DNA from: Candidatus Eiseniibacteriota bacterium
GTDB lineage: Bacteria > Eisenbacteria > RBG-16-71-46 > JABDJR01
DNA: 64,000 nucleotides
NCBI GenBank assembly: GCA_963762255.1
Contig: CAVXKA010000002.1
Coordinates: 96,001 to 160,000, forward strand
Direction: 5' to 3'
Shown: positions 1 to 9,425 of the stretch, piece after piece
Layout of the letters: every line of letters begins with the position of its first letter
Numbering within the stretch: position 1 is the first letter of the stretch
Program-made: the position numbers and the translations under genes
The notes under the pieces: model-generated
Told to the model about the DNA's origin: nothing
Database searches by the model: none
Seen by the model: only the letters and a program-made list of their open reading frames with translations

Positions 1-892
1 CATCGTGACCGAGGACGTGACCGTGCCGGCGGGTGCCACCCTCAAGATCGAGCCCGGAACCACCGTGCGCTTCAAGTCCGATATCAGGGACGGCAAGGGG
101 ACGAACATCTTCGATCTGGAGATCATCGTGGAGGGGACCCTCTCCGTGCGGGGCGCCGAAGCGGACACCGTCATCCTCACCAGCGACGCCCAGGCCGCCC
201 GGTGGACGGACTGGCAGGGAATCGTGGTCCGCGGAAAGGCCGCGCGCGTCGATCTTGTGGCGGTGAACATCGAGTACGCGAACGAGGGGATCAAGGTGTT
301 CGATGGAGAGCTGACCGCGAAGGACACAACGGTCCGGCTCTGCCAGCAGGCCGGCATGACCTTCATCGGCGGTCGGGGGACTCTGGAGAACGTGCTGGTC
401 ACCATGATCGGCAACACCGGAGGGACAGGAGTCGGCGTGAACGTCGACCGGGGCGCCCAGGTAACCATGAAGCGGTCGTTCGTGGTGGGGACGCAGAACG
501 GCATCATGTTCGCGCGCGGGAGCGGCGGGCGAGTCGAGGAGTGCACGGTGACGCTCTGTCTGGGGCGGGGCATCGTCGCTCGGCGCTCGGATCCGGTGAT
601 CACGGGCACCACCGTCACCGGCAACGACTGGGGGATCGTCCTTTCCGCCGGCGCCCGGGCAAAGGTGAACGGCAACAACATTTTTCAGAACGGCAACTCG
701 GACCTCAGCCTGAGCGGCTACGGCCCCGACCGGGTGGATGTGGACGTGAGCGGAAACTGGTGGGGTCAAACCAACGTGGCCGCCGTTCAGGAACGCGTTA
801 TCGACGGGCTGGACGACCCCAAAGAGAAGGGCATCGCCGTCATCGAGCCGATCTTGACCGAGGCGGTCACGCGCTCCGCCGCGCGGAAGTAG
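1..892 (+). CDS. Right-handed parallel beta-helix repeat protein (5'-truncated by window edge)
   Basis: Frame open from window start; TLKIEPGTTVRF, repeated G-I/N-turn motifs, C-terminal GNWWG typical of beta-helix proteins. Confidence 0.75.
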   Translation, partial: IVTEDVTVPAGATLKIEPGTTVRFKSDIRDGKGTNIFDLEIIVEGTLSVRGAEADTVILTSDAQAARWTDWQGIVVRGKAARVDLVAVNIEYANEGIKVFDGELTAKDTTVRLCQQAGMTFIGGRGTLENVLVTMIGNTGGTGVGVNVDRGAQVTMKRSFVVGTQNGIMFARGSGGRVEECTVTLCLGRGIVARRSDPVITGTTVTGNDWGIVLSAGARAKVNGNNIFQNGNSDLSLSGYGPDRVDVDVSGNWWGQTNVAAVQERVIDGLDDPKEKGIAVIEPILTEAVTRSAARK

Positions 893-894
893 GC

Positions 895-1248
895 GTGACC
901 GCGCCCGTCGCCCCCGACGTCGCCGTTGTGGTGCTGTCGACCGTGCCGGACGAGGCGACCTCCGAGCGAATTTCCCGAGCGCTGGTCGAGGAGCGGCTCG
1001 CCGCGTGTGTGAGTCGGGTGCCCGGGGTCGGCTCGATCTTCCGCTGGCAGGGGGCGATCGACCAAGCCGAGGAGATCCTCCTCGTCATCAAGACGCACGC
1101 CCGGCGCGCCCCGCAGGTGACGCAGCGGCTTCGGGAGCTGCACCCGTACGAGGTCCCGGAAATCCTGGTGATCCCGGTGGCGGCGGGCCTGGGCGCGTAT
1201 CTCGACTGGATTCGCAGGGAAACTCAGCCGGAGGGGGAAGAGACATGA
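895..1248 (+). CDS. cutA: Divalent-cation tolerance protein CutA
   Basis: GTG at 895 in the 202..1248 frame; LVEERLAAC, SIFRWQG, ELHPYEVPEI, YLDWI motifs. Confidence 0.92.
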   Translation: MTAPVAPDVAVVVLSTVPDEATSERISRALVEERLAACVSRVPGVGSIFRWQGAIDQAEEILLVIKTHARRAPQVTQRLRELHPYEVPEILVIPVAAGLGAYLDWIRRETQPEGEET

Positions 1249-2036
1249 CGCGGCCCTTCATCACGATCACGACCGACTTCGGCGAGTCGGGTCACTACAT
1301 CGGTGCGATGCGCGGCGTGCTCCTCAGCACGTGTCCGGATGCCGTCCTGGTCGACATCACCCACAGCATCACGCCGTACTCGGCGCTGGAGGCCTCGCTG
1401 GTTCTTTCCCAGGCCTGCCCGTTCTTTCCGAAGGGCACCGTCCACCTGGCGGTGGTGGACCCCGGTGTGGGAGGGCTGCGCAAGCCGATCATCGTCCGCG
1501 CGGGCGAGCAGTTTTTCGTCGGCCCGGACAACGGGATCTTTACGCCGTTCTTCGATGGGAGCGAAACGATCTACCGCATTCGGGATGGCGTGGGGCGGCC
1601 CGATCCCAGCGCCACATTTCACGGCCGCGATATCTTCGCTCCCGCTGCAGCGCGACTGGCTCGCGGAGACGACCCGGAGGAGATCGGCGAGCGCAGCACG
1701 CTTGCCGTGCATCTCCACACACCCAGGCCACGCCGGGACGGGGGATGGACCGTGGGGCAGGTGCTCTACGCCGACCACTTCGGAAACCTTGTCACCAACA
1801 TCCATCGCCAGGATCTGGGCGAGACGGATGACGCTCTCGAGGTCATGGTGGGCGTGCGCGCGATCCCGCGAATCTCGCGCACCTATCAGGACGGGATGCC
1901 GGGGGAATCGCTTGCCCTCTTCGGGAGTTCGGGCTACCTGGAGATCGCGGTGGCCCAGGGGCATGCCGGAGCGCAGCTCGGCATGGGGAAAGGGGAGCGG
2001 GTGCGCGTGAGGGTCCGCCCGCCGGTCCCCGCATGA
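1245..2036 (+). CDS. SAM hydroxide adenosyltransferase (DUF62; SAM-dependent chlorinase/fluorinase family)
   Basis: ATG 1245 overlaps cutA stop; TTDFG, VVDPGVG, TFHGRDIFAP, DHFGN motifs. Confidence 0.9.
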   Translation: MTRPFITITTDFGESGHYIGAMRGVLLSTCPDAVLVDITHSITPYSALEASLVLSQACPFFPKGTVHLAVVDPGVGGLRKPIIVRAGEQFFVGPDNGIFTPFFDGSETIYRIRDGVGRPDPSATFHGRDIFAPAAARLARGDDPEEIGERSTLAVHLHTPRPRRDGGWTVGQVLYADHFGNLVTNIHRQDLGETDDALEVMVGVRAIPRISRTYQDGMPGESLALFGSSGYLEIAVAQGHAGAQLGMGKGERVRVRVRPPVPA

Positions 2037-2791
2037 TCGTGACGCTGGTGGGCACGGGTACCCTCGTGCCCTCGGCGCGGCGCTCCACCGCGGCCCTCAG
2101 CCTGCAGGGTACGGGGTTCCAGGTCACCGTGGACGGCGGGTCCGGGTCGTTACGCCGGCAAGCCGAGCTGGGTATCGACTTCCGGAAGACCGACGCCCTC
2201 CTCTTCACGCACGTTCATCCGGACCACACCCTCGATCTGCTCCATTTCCTTTTCGCCTCAAAGTACACGCCCGGATTTCGCCGTACCGCCCCCGTGCGGA
2301 TCGTGGGCCCTCCTGGCTTCAGCCATTTCCTCGACCGTCTGCGGAACGGGGTGGCTTCCTGGACCGACGGCGGCGATGCGGGGTTCACGGTCGAGGAGGT
2401 CGAGGAAGGAAGTGAGTTCGCGGTCGGCCCATGGCGCGCCGAAACGCGACGGCTCTCCCACCAGGTCGTGAACCACGGGTACCGCTTCACCGCCGAGCAT
2501 GGGGGGACGATGGTCTTCACCGGCGACACCGCGTGGTGCGATTCTCTGGTCGATCTGTGCCGGGACGCGGACCTTCTCATCGCGGAATGTTCCGGGGATG
2601 CCGCCCATCCCGCCGAGGGTCACTTGACCGCGCCGGAAGCGGGGCGCCTGGCATCGGAGGCAGGAGTGAAGCAGTTGGCGTTGACGCATCTCTACCCGCT
2701 CCCGGACGACCGGGTGCGCGTGCGCGAAGCGGCCGACCAGTACTCGGGTCCCATTCTTCTCGCCGAGGACGGCGACCGGTTCGTGGTATAG
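2033..2791 (+). CDS. MBL-fold metallo-hydrolase, RNase Z/BN-like
   Basis: LVGTG start, THVHPDH, FTGDT, HLT and LTHL motifs. Confidence 0.85.
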   Translation: MIVTLVGTGTLVPSARRSTAALSLQGTGFQVTVDGGSGSLRRQAELGIDFRKTDALLFTHVHPDHTLDLLHFLFASKYTPGFRRTAPVRIVGPPGFSHFLDRLRNGVASWTDGGDAGFTVEEVEEGSEFAVGPWRAETRRLSHQVVNHGYRFTAEHGGTMVFTGDTAWCDSLVDLCRDADLLIAECSGDAAHPAEGHLTAPEAGRLASEAGVKQLALTHLYPLPDDRVRVREAADQYSGPILLAEDGDRFVV

Positions 2792-2792
2792 C

Positions 2793-3260
2793 GTGGGGCG
2801 CGTCCGCTACGAGCCGGCCCCGGAAGTGCACGCTGCGCTGTCGCACTTGGTGGACGTGCTCGAGTTCGGGCACGTGGACATGGCGCGCGTTCATTGTCGT
2901 CGGTCCTTCGGGTCGACTTCGCGCGCCTATGCGCGTATCTGGGAGTTGCCCACGATCTGGCAGGGGGCCCTCGGTGTGCGCCCGCAGTACGTGATCGAGG
3001 TGCTTGCCGAGCATTTCGACCCCGTCGGCGAGGAGGAGCGGACCAAGGTTCTGATCCACGAACTCCTGCACATCCCGAGCACGTTTTCAGGGGCGCTGCG
3101 CGGGCATCGCGGGCAGGGAGAGCGGATCGACGGGCATACCGTGAATCGCTACTACCGACGCTTCCTGCGGAATGTGGCGGAGCGACAGGCGCGAATCGAG
3201 AGGGAAGAGCGCGCCGAGGCGCCTCGCGACGCCGACGGCCAACTCGATCTTCTGCGCTAG
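2793..3260 (+). CDS. Putative small zinc metallopeptidase
   Basis: LIHELLHIP HExxH motif; AYARIW motif. Confidence 0.7.
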   Translation: MGRVRYEPAPEVHAALSHLVDVLEFGHVDMARVHCRRSFGSTSRAYARIWELPTIWQGALGVRPQYVIEVLAEHFDPVGEEERTKVLIHELLHIPSTFSGALRGHRGQGERIDGHTVNRYYRRFLRNVAERQARIEREERAEAPRDADGQLDLLR

Positions 3261-4459
3261 GGTTGCGTCTCGTCCCGATACATGTCGGAGGCGAGGTAGA
3301 GCGCATGCAGCTGCCGCGCGGCCACCGCCAGGACGAGGGTGAGGGGCACGGCGAGAAACGCTCCGAGGATGCCGAAAAGATCGGCGAAGACGATCAGGGC
3401 CAGGAGCACCACCATGGGATGCAGCCCCACCGCGCCCCCCACGATGCGCGGCGATAGAAACTGGCCCTCGACGAAGCCGATGCTGAAGTAGAGGATCGCC
3501 ACGCGAACAACGCCGACCCAGCCCACTCCGATCAGGCCGACCACCGCCGCCACGAGAAGGCTCACCCAGAAGCCCACGACCGGCAGGAAGTTGAGAAGCG
3601 CGGCCAGGGCGCCCAGCGCCAGCGCGTACGGGATGCCGAGAAAGTAGCTCCCGATCGCGGTGAGGGTGCCCACGATGAGCGCGACCGTGGCCACCCCGCG
3701 CAGCCAGCGCCCCAGCAACCGGTCCATCTCGGCGGCCGTCGCCGCAAACCACGGGTGGTAGCGGCGCGGGATCAACTCCGCGCCGCGGTGACGCACCCGG
3801 TCGTAGTCGCGTAGAAAGTAGAACGTGCAGAAGGGGACAAGGGCGAGCGCGGCAAGGAGGCTGCTCACGACACGGGTGGCTCCGGCGATGCCGGTGACCG
3901 CCTTGAGGAGGATCTCGTTCGCCTTCGCAACCACCTTCGGGAGCTGCTCGGCGTAGCGCGCCTCCAGATCCTGGAGGTTGAAGCGGGCCAGAAGGGGGGC
4001 GACTGCCTCCTGGACGCGGTCCGCCACTTCGGGCAGGGCGACCGTGATCTGGCCGAGTTGATGGACGATTGGAGGAAGGAGCAGGAAGACCGCGGCGACG
4101 AGGATCCCCACGACCGGAACCATCAGGAGAAGGATGGCGAGTTCCCGCCGAACGCGACGCCGCCCCAGCGCAAGCACCGCCGGATTGAGCACGTAGGCGA
4201 GGAAGAGCGAGACGCCGAGGATGAGCAGCACCCAACCGAATCTGCCGACCACCCAGATCAGCGCCGCCACCGTCACGACCAGCATCGTGCGTAGCGCCCA
4301 TTGCGCACGGCGATGAGGGAAGAGCAGGTAGAGGATGAAGGCGGCCAGGAGCGGCGGGGTAAGCGTCGAACGAAGGGCGACCCCAAAGGCGGCCAGGACC
4401 AGGCCCAGCACGACCAGGAGGGGCAAAGCGACCCGCGGAGCGGCAGTCTCACGGTCCAT
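3257..4459 (-). CDS. AI-2E family (PerM-like) transporter
   Basis: Multiple TM segments; LAYVLNP, FYFLRD, LNFLPVVG, EGQFLSPRIVG, LHP motifs; ATG at 4459 chosen from promoter spacing. Confidence 0.88.
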   Translation of the reverse strand: MDRETAAPRVALPLLVVLGLVLAAFGVALRSTLTPPLLAAFILYLLFPHRRAQWALRTMLVVTVAALIWVVGRFGWVLLILGVSLFLAYVLNPAVLALGRRRVRRELAILLLMVPVVGILVAAVFLLLPPIVHQLGQITVALPEVADRVQEAVAPLLARFNLQDLEARYAEQLPKVVAKANEILLKAVTGIAGATRVVSSLLAALALVPFCTFYFLRDYDRVRHRGAELIPRRYHPWFAATAAEMDRLLGRWLRGVATVALIVGTLTAIGSYFLGIPYALALGALAALLNFLPVVGFWVSLLVAAVVGLIGVGWVGVVRVAILYFSIGFVEGQFLSPRIVGGAVGLHPMVVLLALIVFADLFGILGAFLAVPLTLVLAVAARQLHALYLASDMYRDETQP

Positions 4460-4466
4460 GCCCGGG

Positions 4467-4495
4467 ATCATGCCGGGCGGTCTCCGTCGTGTCAA
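4467..4495 (-). promoter_or_regulatory. sigma70-type promoter TTGACA-N17-CATGAT (leaderless, AI-2E gene)
   Basis: Minus-strand hexamers with 17-nt spacer; ATG lies 7 nt past the -10; no SD. Confidence 0.55.
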
Positions 4496-4506
4496 CGAGA
4501 GCCGGT

Positions 4507-4535
4507 TTGACACGGGGGCGCGGTGTTCCTAACCT
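4507..4535 (+). promoter_or_regulatory. sigma70-type promoter TTGACA-N17-TAACCT (leaderless, folC)
   Basis: Near-consensus hexamers, 17-nt spacer, ATG 8 nt downstream, no SD. Confidence 0.65.
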
Positions 4536-4543
4536 CCCCGGCC

Positions 4544-5852
4544 ATGCGCTTTCGCACGGCTCGCGAAGCCGAGGAGTATCTCCTGAGCTTCGTCAACTAC
4601 GAGGCCCTCGCTCGGTACCGGCGGACGGCCCGCACGCATGACCTGCGGCGCTTCGCCGAGCGCCTGGACGAGATGGGGTGGGATCCGCGAGCGGTCCCGG
4701 CTGTGCACGTGGGCGGGACCAACGCGAAGGGGACGGTAGCTCATCTCATCGAGCGCATCCTTCGCGCGGGCGGCGAACGCACCGGGCTCTACACATCTCC
4801 GCATCTGCACACGATGAGGGAGCGGGTGCGGGTGAACGGCCGGCCGATCTCCGCCCGGGTGTTCGCCGAGACCGTCTCGATGATCGCGGAACACTTCTCC
4901 GTCGAGCCGGCGGCAGGATTCAGGACTACTTTCGAACACCTGACAGCGCTCGCCCTGCTCCACTTTCAGAAGGAACAGGTGTCCCGAGCGGTGGTGGAGG
5001 TCGGGTTGGGCGGGCGTCTGGACGCCACCAACGTCCTCCCGCCGGGTCCGGCGGTCTTGACGCCGATCTCGCTCGATCACCGCGCCGTCCTCGGACGAAC
5101 CGTGCGAGCGATTGCCACCGATAAGGCCTTCATCTTCAAACGGGGCGGCCACGCCTTCGTGATGCCGCAGTCTCCAACCGCCCTGTCTGCGATCCAAGCA
5201 CGGTTGCTCGCGGAGCGGATGAACGCCACCTGGGTGCGGGACGCGGTGCACGTGACCTTGGAGAGTGCGCACACCACGGGCGGGGTTTTCACGCTCCGCG
5301 GTCGTGAGGAGTACGGACGCATCCCGACCCGGCTCCTGGGTGCGCACCAGGCGGACAACATCGCCGCCGCGGTCGCAGTGGCGGAGGCGCTGCTACCGGC
5401 GCCGATCCTCCGGCGCGCGATAGCTCTGCGGGCTCCGAGACGGATGCGTGCCGGGACGGCTGGAGGTGGTCCGAAGCGGGGAGCGACACGTAGTGCTCGA
5501 CGGGGGGCACAACCCCGCGGCTGCTCGCGCGGTGGCGGCGGCGGTCCGGCTTCACTTTCCCGGTGCTCGCGTGGGGATGCTGGTCGGGATGGCCATCGAC
5601 AAGGACCATCGAGCCTTCTTCGAAGCTCTGGCGGGTGTGGCCCATGCCTTCGTTTTCACGCGAGCGGCGGGGGTCCGCTCGGCGCCCCCCGAGCTTCTGG
5701 CGCGGCGATCGGGGCGAGCGGGACGGTGCACGGAGACGGTGGTCCGGGGCCTCGACCGGGCCATGTCGCTCAAGGTTGACGTGCTCCTCGTCGCCGGCTC
5801 GTTTCTGGTGGTTGCGGAGGCGCGTGAGGCTCTGGGGCTGGCACCAAGCTGA
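4544..5852 (+). CDS. folC: Folylpolyglutamate synthase/dihydrofolate synthase, interrupted by a +1 frameshift near 5423-5430
   Basis: HVGGTNAKG, YTSPHL, EVGLGGRLDATN in first frame; PGRLE, LDGGHN, DKD, AGSF in second frame (5448..5852). Confidence 0.88.
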
Positions 5853-5876
5853 AAACCTGGGCGGTGCCGGGAGGTC

Positions 5877-5915
5877 AAAAAAAGAACCCCCCGCGGGGAA
5901 AGCCGCGGAGGGTCC
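5877..5915 (-). terminator. Rho-independent terminator of the secreted-protein gene
   Basis: Minus strand GGACCCUCCGCGG-CUUUCC-CCGCGGGGGGUUC 13-bp stem followed by U7. Confidence 0.85.
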
Positions 5916-5931
5916 TCGGTGCAAGGAGATC

Positions 5932-6645
5932 CTAGTTGTACTGTTGCTTCACCCGTCCCCAGGTGGTTGCCTCGACCGGGGTCGGGGCTCCGCAGGGGTT
6001 CCAGCCCGACATGCAGAACCCTGCGATGCCGAGGTGGGAAGGAACCAGGCCGTCGATCCGATCTTCAGAGGCCTTGCAGTTGGCGACCTTCGCGAAGCCG
6101 GAGACCGGCCGCGTGTCGATTGCGAACTGGTCCGGGCCGTAAAGCCAAACGTTCATCGTGCCGGCGATGGCGACGACGCTGTACGGCGAGTTCGGCTCGG
6201 AGGGGGTGGTCTGACAGTTGACCAGACGGTCCCAGACGATGATGGTCCCGGTGCCTGCAGCAGGCCAATCCAGCTCGGGTCCCGCGCCGTCACCCTGGGG
6301 GAACTCGAGATCGGCGCACATATTCCAACTGTCGACGTCAATCCCGGACGCCACGTCGCCGTCGTACTCGATACCGAACTCCAAACCGGCAATGCCGGTC
6401 GAGTCGGAAGCGTTGCAGACCAGGATCCAGATGCTGTAGCCGTCCGGGTACGGCATGCAGCCGACTTCCGTGACCATGGTCTTGGCGGTCGGCGTGGGCA
6501 TGTTCTCGCAGGGGCTCTTCTGGACAATGGGGGTGACATGGACGGAGATGGCCGCCTGGTCGTTATCCCCGCCTGCCAGAGCGATGGCGGACAGCCCCAT
6601 CGTCATGAAACAGCCGAGAAGCAGTCCTATCAAAGCGCGCTTCAT
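5932..6645 (-). CDS. Secreted Cys-rich hypothetical protein with C-terminal PTPVEATTWGRVKQQY motif
   Basis: Sec signal peptide (..ALA), perfect SD TAAGGAGGT, 8 Cys in mature part, own promoter and terminator. Confidence 0.85.
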   Translation of the reverse strand: MKRALIGLLLGCFMTMGLSAIALAGGDNDQAAISVHVTPIVQKSPCENMPTPTAKTMVTEVGCMPYPDGYSIWILVCNASDSTGIAGLEFGIEYDGDVASGIDVDSWNMCADLEFPQGDGAGPELDWPAAGTGTIIVWDRLVNCQTTPSEPNSPYSVVAIAGTMNVWLYGPDQFAIDTRPVSGFAKVANCKASEDRIDGLVPSHLGIAGFCMSGWNPCGAPTPVEATTWGRVKQQYN

Positions 6646-6820
6646 CTTGTACTACCTCCTTAGCGATAGGCACGATGCGGACACACAGTTCGCGATGACA
6701 GCTCGTTCGTTCTTGAGGCGAAACACCCCACGGGTAACGCAGGAGCCGCCGGGGTGGACGCCTTTGGCCGTCAGCGAGAACCGGCGGCCACTGGGATCTG
6801 AGTCCACCTGCACCGACAAA

Positions 6821-6849
6821 AGTGTAGCACGCACCCGAAGAACTGTCAA
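6821..6849 (-). promoter_or_regulatory. Strong sigma70-type promoter TTGACA-N17-TACACT
   Basis: Consensus -35, near-consensus -10 with TG extension; implies ~170-nt 5' leader. Confidence 0.75.
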
Positions 6850-7063
6850 CCGGAGCGCCGGGCTAACTGTGCAGCATTCAGTAGATTATAGATATCTGAC
6901 GAGTCGTTGACTGTCAGAATGACCGACATCCATTTCTGCGCCGCGCCCCGAAATGTTGGCGGGCGGAGTGGCAGCCCACGGGACTTGCCCAGGCTGCGAA
7001 GGGGTGAAGTATACTCCGCGGCTCGCCAAGCGAGGCTCGCTTCCATTCACGAAAGGTCGCGCC

Positions 7064-8503
7064 ATGTCGAAAGGGATCACCCCCCGGGCTGAAGACTATT
7101 CACGCTGGTACGGCGACGTCATCGCCCAGGCTCAGTTGGCCGAGAACGCACCGGTGAGGGGATGCATGGTCATCCGGCCCAACGGCTATGCCATCTGGGA
7201 GAAGATGCAGCGGACCCTGGACCGGATGTTCAAGGACACCGGCCACGTGAACGCATACTTCCCACTCTTCATCCCCGAGAGCTTCATGAAGCGCGAGGCC
7301 GCGCATGTGGAGGGGTTCTCCCCGGAGTGCGCGGTGGTGACTCACGGCGGCGGCAAGAAGCTGGAGGAGCCACTCTACGTGCGCCCCACCTCGGAGACGA
7401 TCATCTGGGACATGTACCGCAAGTGGATCATGTCCTACCGCGATCTACCCATCCTGATAAACCAATGGGCCAACGTGGTGCGTTGGGAGATGCGCCCCAG
7501 GCTTTTCCTGCGCACGACCGAGTTCCTCTGGCAGGAAGGGCACACCGCCCACGCCACCGAGGCGGAGGCCGACGAGGAGGCGCGGCGGATGCTGGACGTG
7601 TACTCCACCTTCGCCGAGGAGTTCATGGCGATGCCGGTGATCAAGGGGGTGAAGTCCGAATCCGAGAAGTTCCCCGGCGCCTTCAAGACCTACTGCATCG
7701 AGGCCATGATGCAGGATACGAGGTCCCTGCAGGCGGGGACGAGCCACCATCTCGGGCAGAATTTCGCCAAGGCCTTCGACGTGACGTTCCAGAACGAGAA
7801 GGGCGAGCGCGAGTACGTCTGGGCCACATCCTGGGGCGTGAGCACGCGGTTGATCGGCGGACTCATCATGACCCATTCCGACGACAAGGGGCTGGTGGTC
7901 CCGCCCAAGCTGGCGCCCATCCATGCGGTGGTGCTCCCCATCTGGATGAAGGACGATCAGGTCGAGACCATGAAGCGCGCCGGGCGGGAATTGTTCGAGG
8001 CCTTGAAGCGCAACCACCCCGATCTGGACCTTCACCTCGATGACCGCGAGCAGTACAAGCCGGGTTGGAAGTTCGCCGAGTGGGAGCAGAGAGGAACCCC
8101 GGTACGAGTCGAGCTCGGGCCCCGCGATGTGGAAAAGGGGCAGGTTGTCCTCGTGCGCCGCGATACGGGGGAAAAGCTGAGCGTGCCAAGGGACGACGTG
8201 GGGCGGCACCTCGTGGAGCTTCTCGACGGTATGCAGCGCGACCTCCTGGTGCGGGCGCGCGAGTTCCGCGAGGGGCACACCCACCGGGTGGACGACTACG
8301 AAACCTTCAAGTCGAAACTGGAGGAGCAGGGCGGCTTCTATCTCGCTCACTGGGACGGCACCGCAGAGACCGAGGCCAAGGTCAAGGAGGAGACCAAGGC
8401 GACCATCCGCTGCATACCGCTCGACGCGCCCAACGAACCCGGTACCTGCATGGTGACGGGGCAGCCCAGCACGCGGCGCGTGATCTGGGCGCGCAACTAC
8501 TGA
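7064..8503 (+). CDS. proS: Proline--tRNA ligase (archaeal/eukaryote-like type)
   Basis: [37 protein letters not shown]-terminal ARNY; SD GAAAGG before ATG 7064. Confidence 0.97.
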   Translation: MSKGITPRAEDYSRWYGDVIAQAQLAENAPVRGCMVIRPNGYAIWEKMQRTLDRMFKDTGHVNAYFPLFIPESFMKREAAHVEGFSPECAVVTHGGGKKLEEPLYVRPTSETIIWDMYRKWIMSYRDLPILINQWANVVRWEMRPRLFLRTTEFLWQEGHTAHATEAEADEEARRMLDVYSTFAEEFMAMPVIKGVKSESEKFPGAFKTYCIEAMMQDTRSLQAGTSHHLGQNFAKAFDVTFQNEKGEREYVWATSWGVSTRLIGGLIMTHSDDKGLVVPPKLAPIHAVVLPIWMKDDQVETMKRAGRELFEALKRNHPDLDLHLDDREQYKPGWKFAEWEQRGTPVRVELGPRDVEKGQVVLVRRDTGEKLSVPRDDVGRHLVELLDGMQRDLLVRAREFREGHTHRVDDYETFKSKLEEQGGFYLAHWDGTAETEAKVKEETKATIRCIPLDAPNEPGTCMVTGQPSTRRVIWARNY

Positions 8504-8516
8504 AGTCGATCGGTGG

Positions 8517-9425
8517 CTAGGGCCCGCAGCCGGTCCAGGCCGACTCGAACACCGGACGGAAGACCCCGGAGGAGAGGAGCTCGAGCACCACGGTGCGGCG
8601 CCCACGCTCCGCTTCTTCGCGGAGTATGGCCAGCGGCATCCCCGACTCGGGGGATTCCAGCACTCCAATCAGCCGGCGCGAGAGGCGGGCGGCGCCAGCC
8701 CGCGGTAGGTCGAGGAGGGCGAGGCGAAAACGGCGTTCCCCCGCGTGGGCGCTCGCCCAGAAGTGCAGCACAACGTCCGACGACGCGCCCCCTCCCTTGA
8801 GCCGGACCGCTCCATGCATCCTGCCCACCAACTCCAGCGTCTCCGGGTCCAGGCTTCGCGCAAGCCGCAGATTCTCGCGAACGAGGGGCACGGTCGGGTC
8901 GATCTCCAGCCCGGGCGGGAGTTCCTTCTCGATCTGCGTCCGCGCGTCGCGGGTCAGGCCGGAGAGGGCGCCGGCCAGGTCCTGCGGTCGCCCAAGCCCA
9001 TGCCACACTTGCGCCGGATCGTCGAGTGGCCAGCGCATCCATCCCGCCCGGGTCGTGCCGGGGATCGGATCCTCCAGACCGAGGTCGACCGGAAGCGATC
9101 CCGGCTTCCAGCGGCCTATCGCTACGTCGAAGGTGTCGCATGCCCAGAACGACGGGGCCCACCCCTCGGCGACGAACGTGCCCATCCCCTCGGGAGCGAA
9201 CACGGTGTCGAGCCCTGCTTCCTGGCGCTTCCCCGGAGCGAGCCAGGCCCCGCTTCGCAAGACGGCGATCGGCTCCCACTCGATCCGCCACAGGTACTGC
9301 TCTGGATAGCCTCGCCACTCGAGGACACCGAATCGCGTCTCCGCTGGGGCCGCATGGGCGAGGCCGAGCCCCACCGCGGTGAGGAGGGGGAGCACGGCCA
9401 ACACGATGAGGTTTCTGTGTGTCAT
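8517..9425 (-). CDS. Secreted hypothetical protein
   Basis: Signal peptide MTHRNLIVLAVLPLLTAVGLGLAHA; start overlaps upstream stop; 3' part of ORF 8517..11027. Confidence 0.65.
   Translation of the reverse strand: MTHRNLIVLAVLPLLTAVGLGLAHAAPAETRFGVLEWRGYPEQYLWRIEWEPIAVLRSGAWLAPGKRQEAGLDTVFAPEGMGTFVAEGWAPSFWACDTFDVAIGRWKPGSLPVDLGLEDPIPGTTRAGWMRWPLDDPAQVWHGLGRPQDLAGALSGLTRDARTQIEKELPPGLEIDPTVPLVRENLRLARSLDPETLELVGRMHGAVRLKGGGASSDVVLHFWASAHAGERRFRLALLDLPRAGAARLSRRLIGVLESPESGMPLAILREEAERGRRTVVLELLSSGVFRPVFESAWTGCGP

Noticed and set aside
1245-2036. Fluorinase/chlorinase suggesting halometabolite biosynthesis
   Set aside because: Retains hydrolase-type TFHGRD His and has no biosynthetic cluster context
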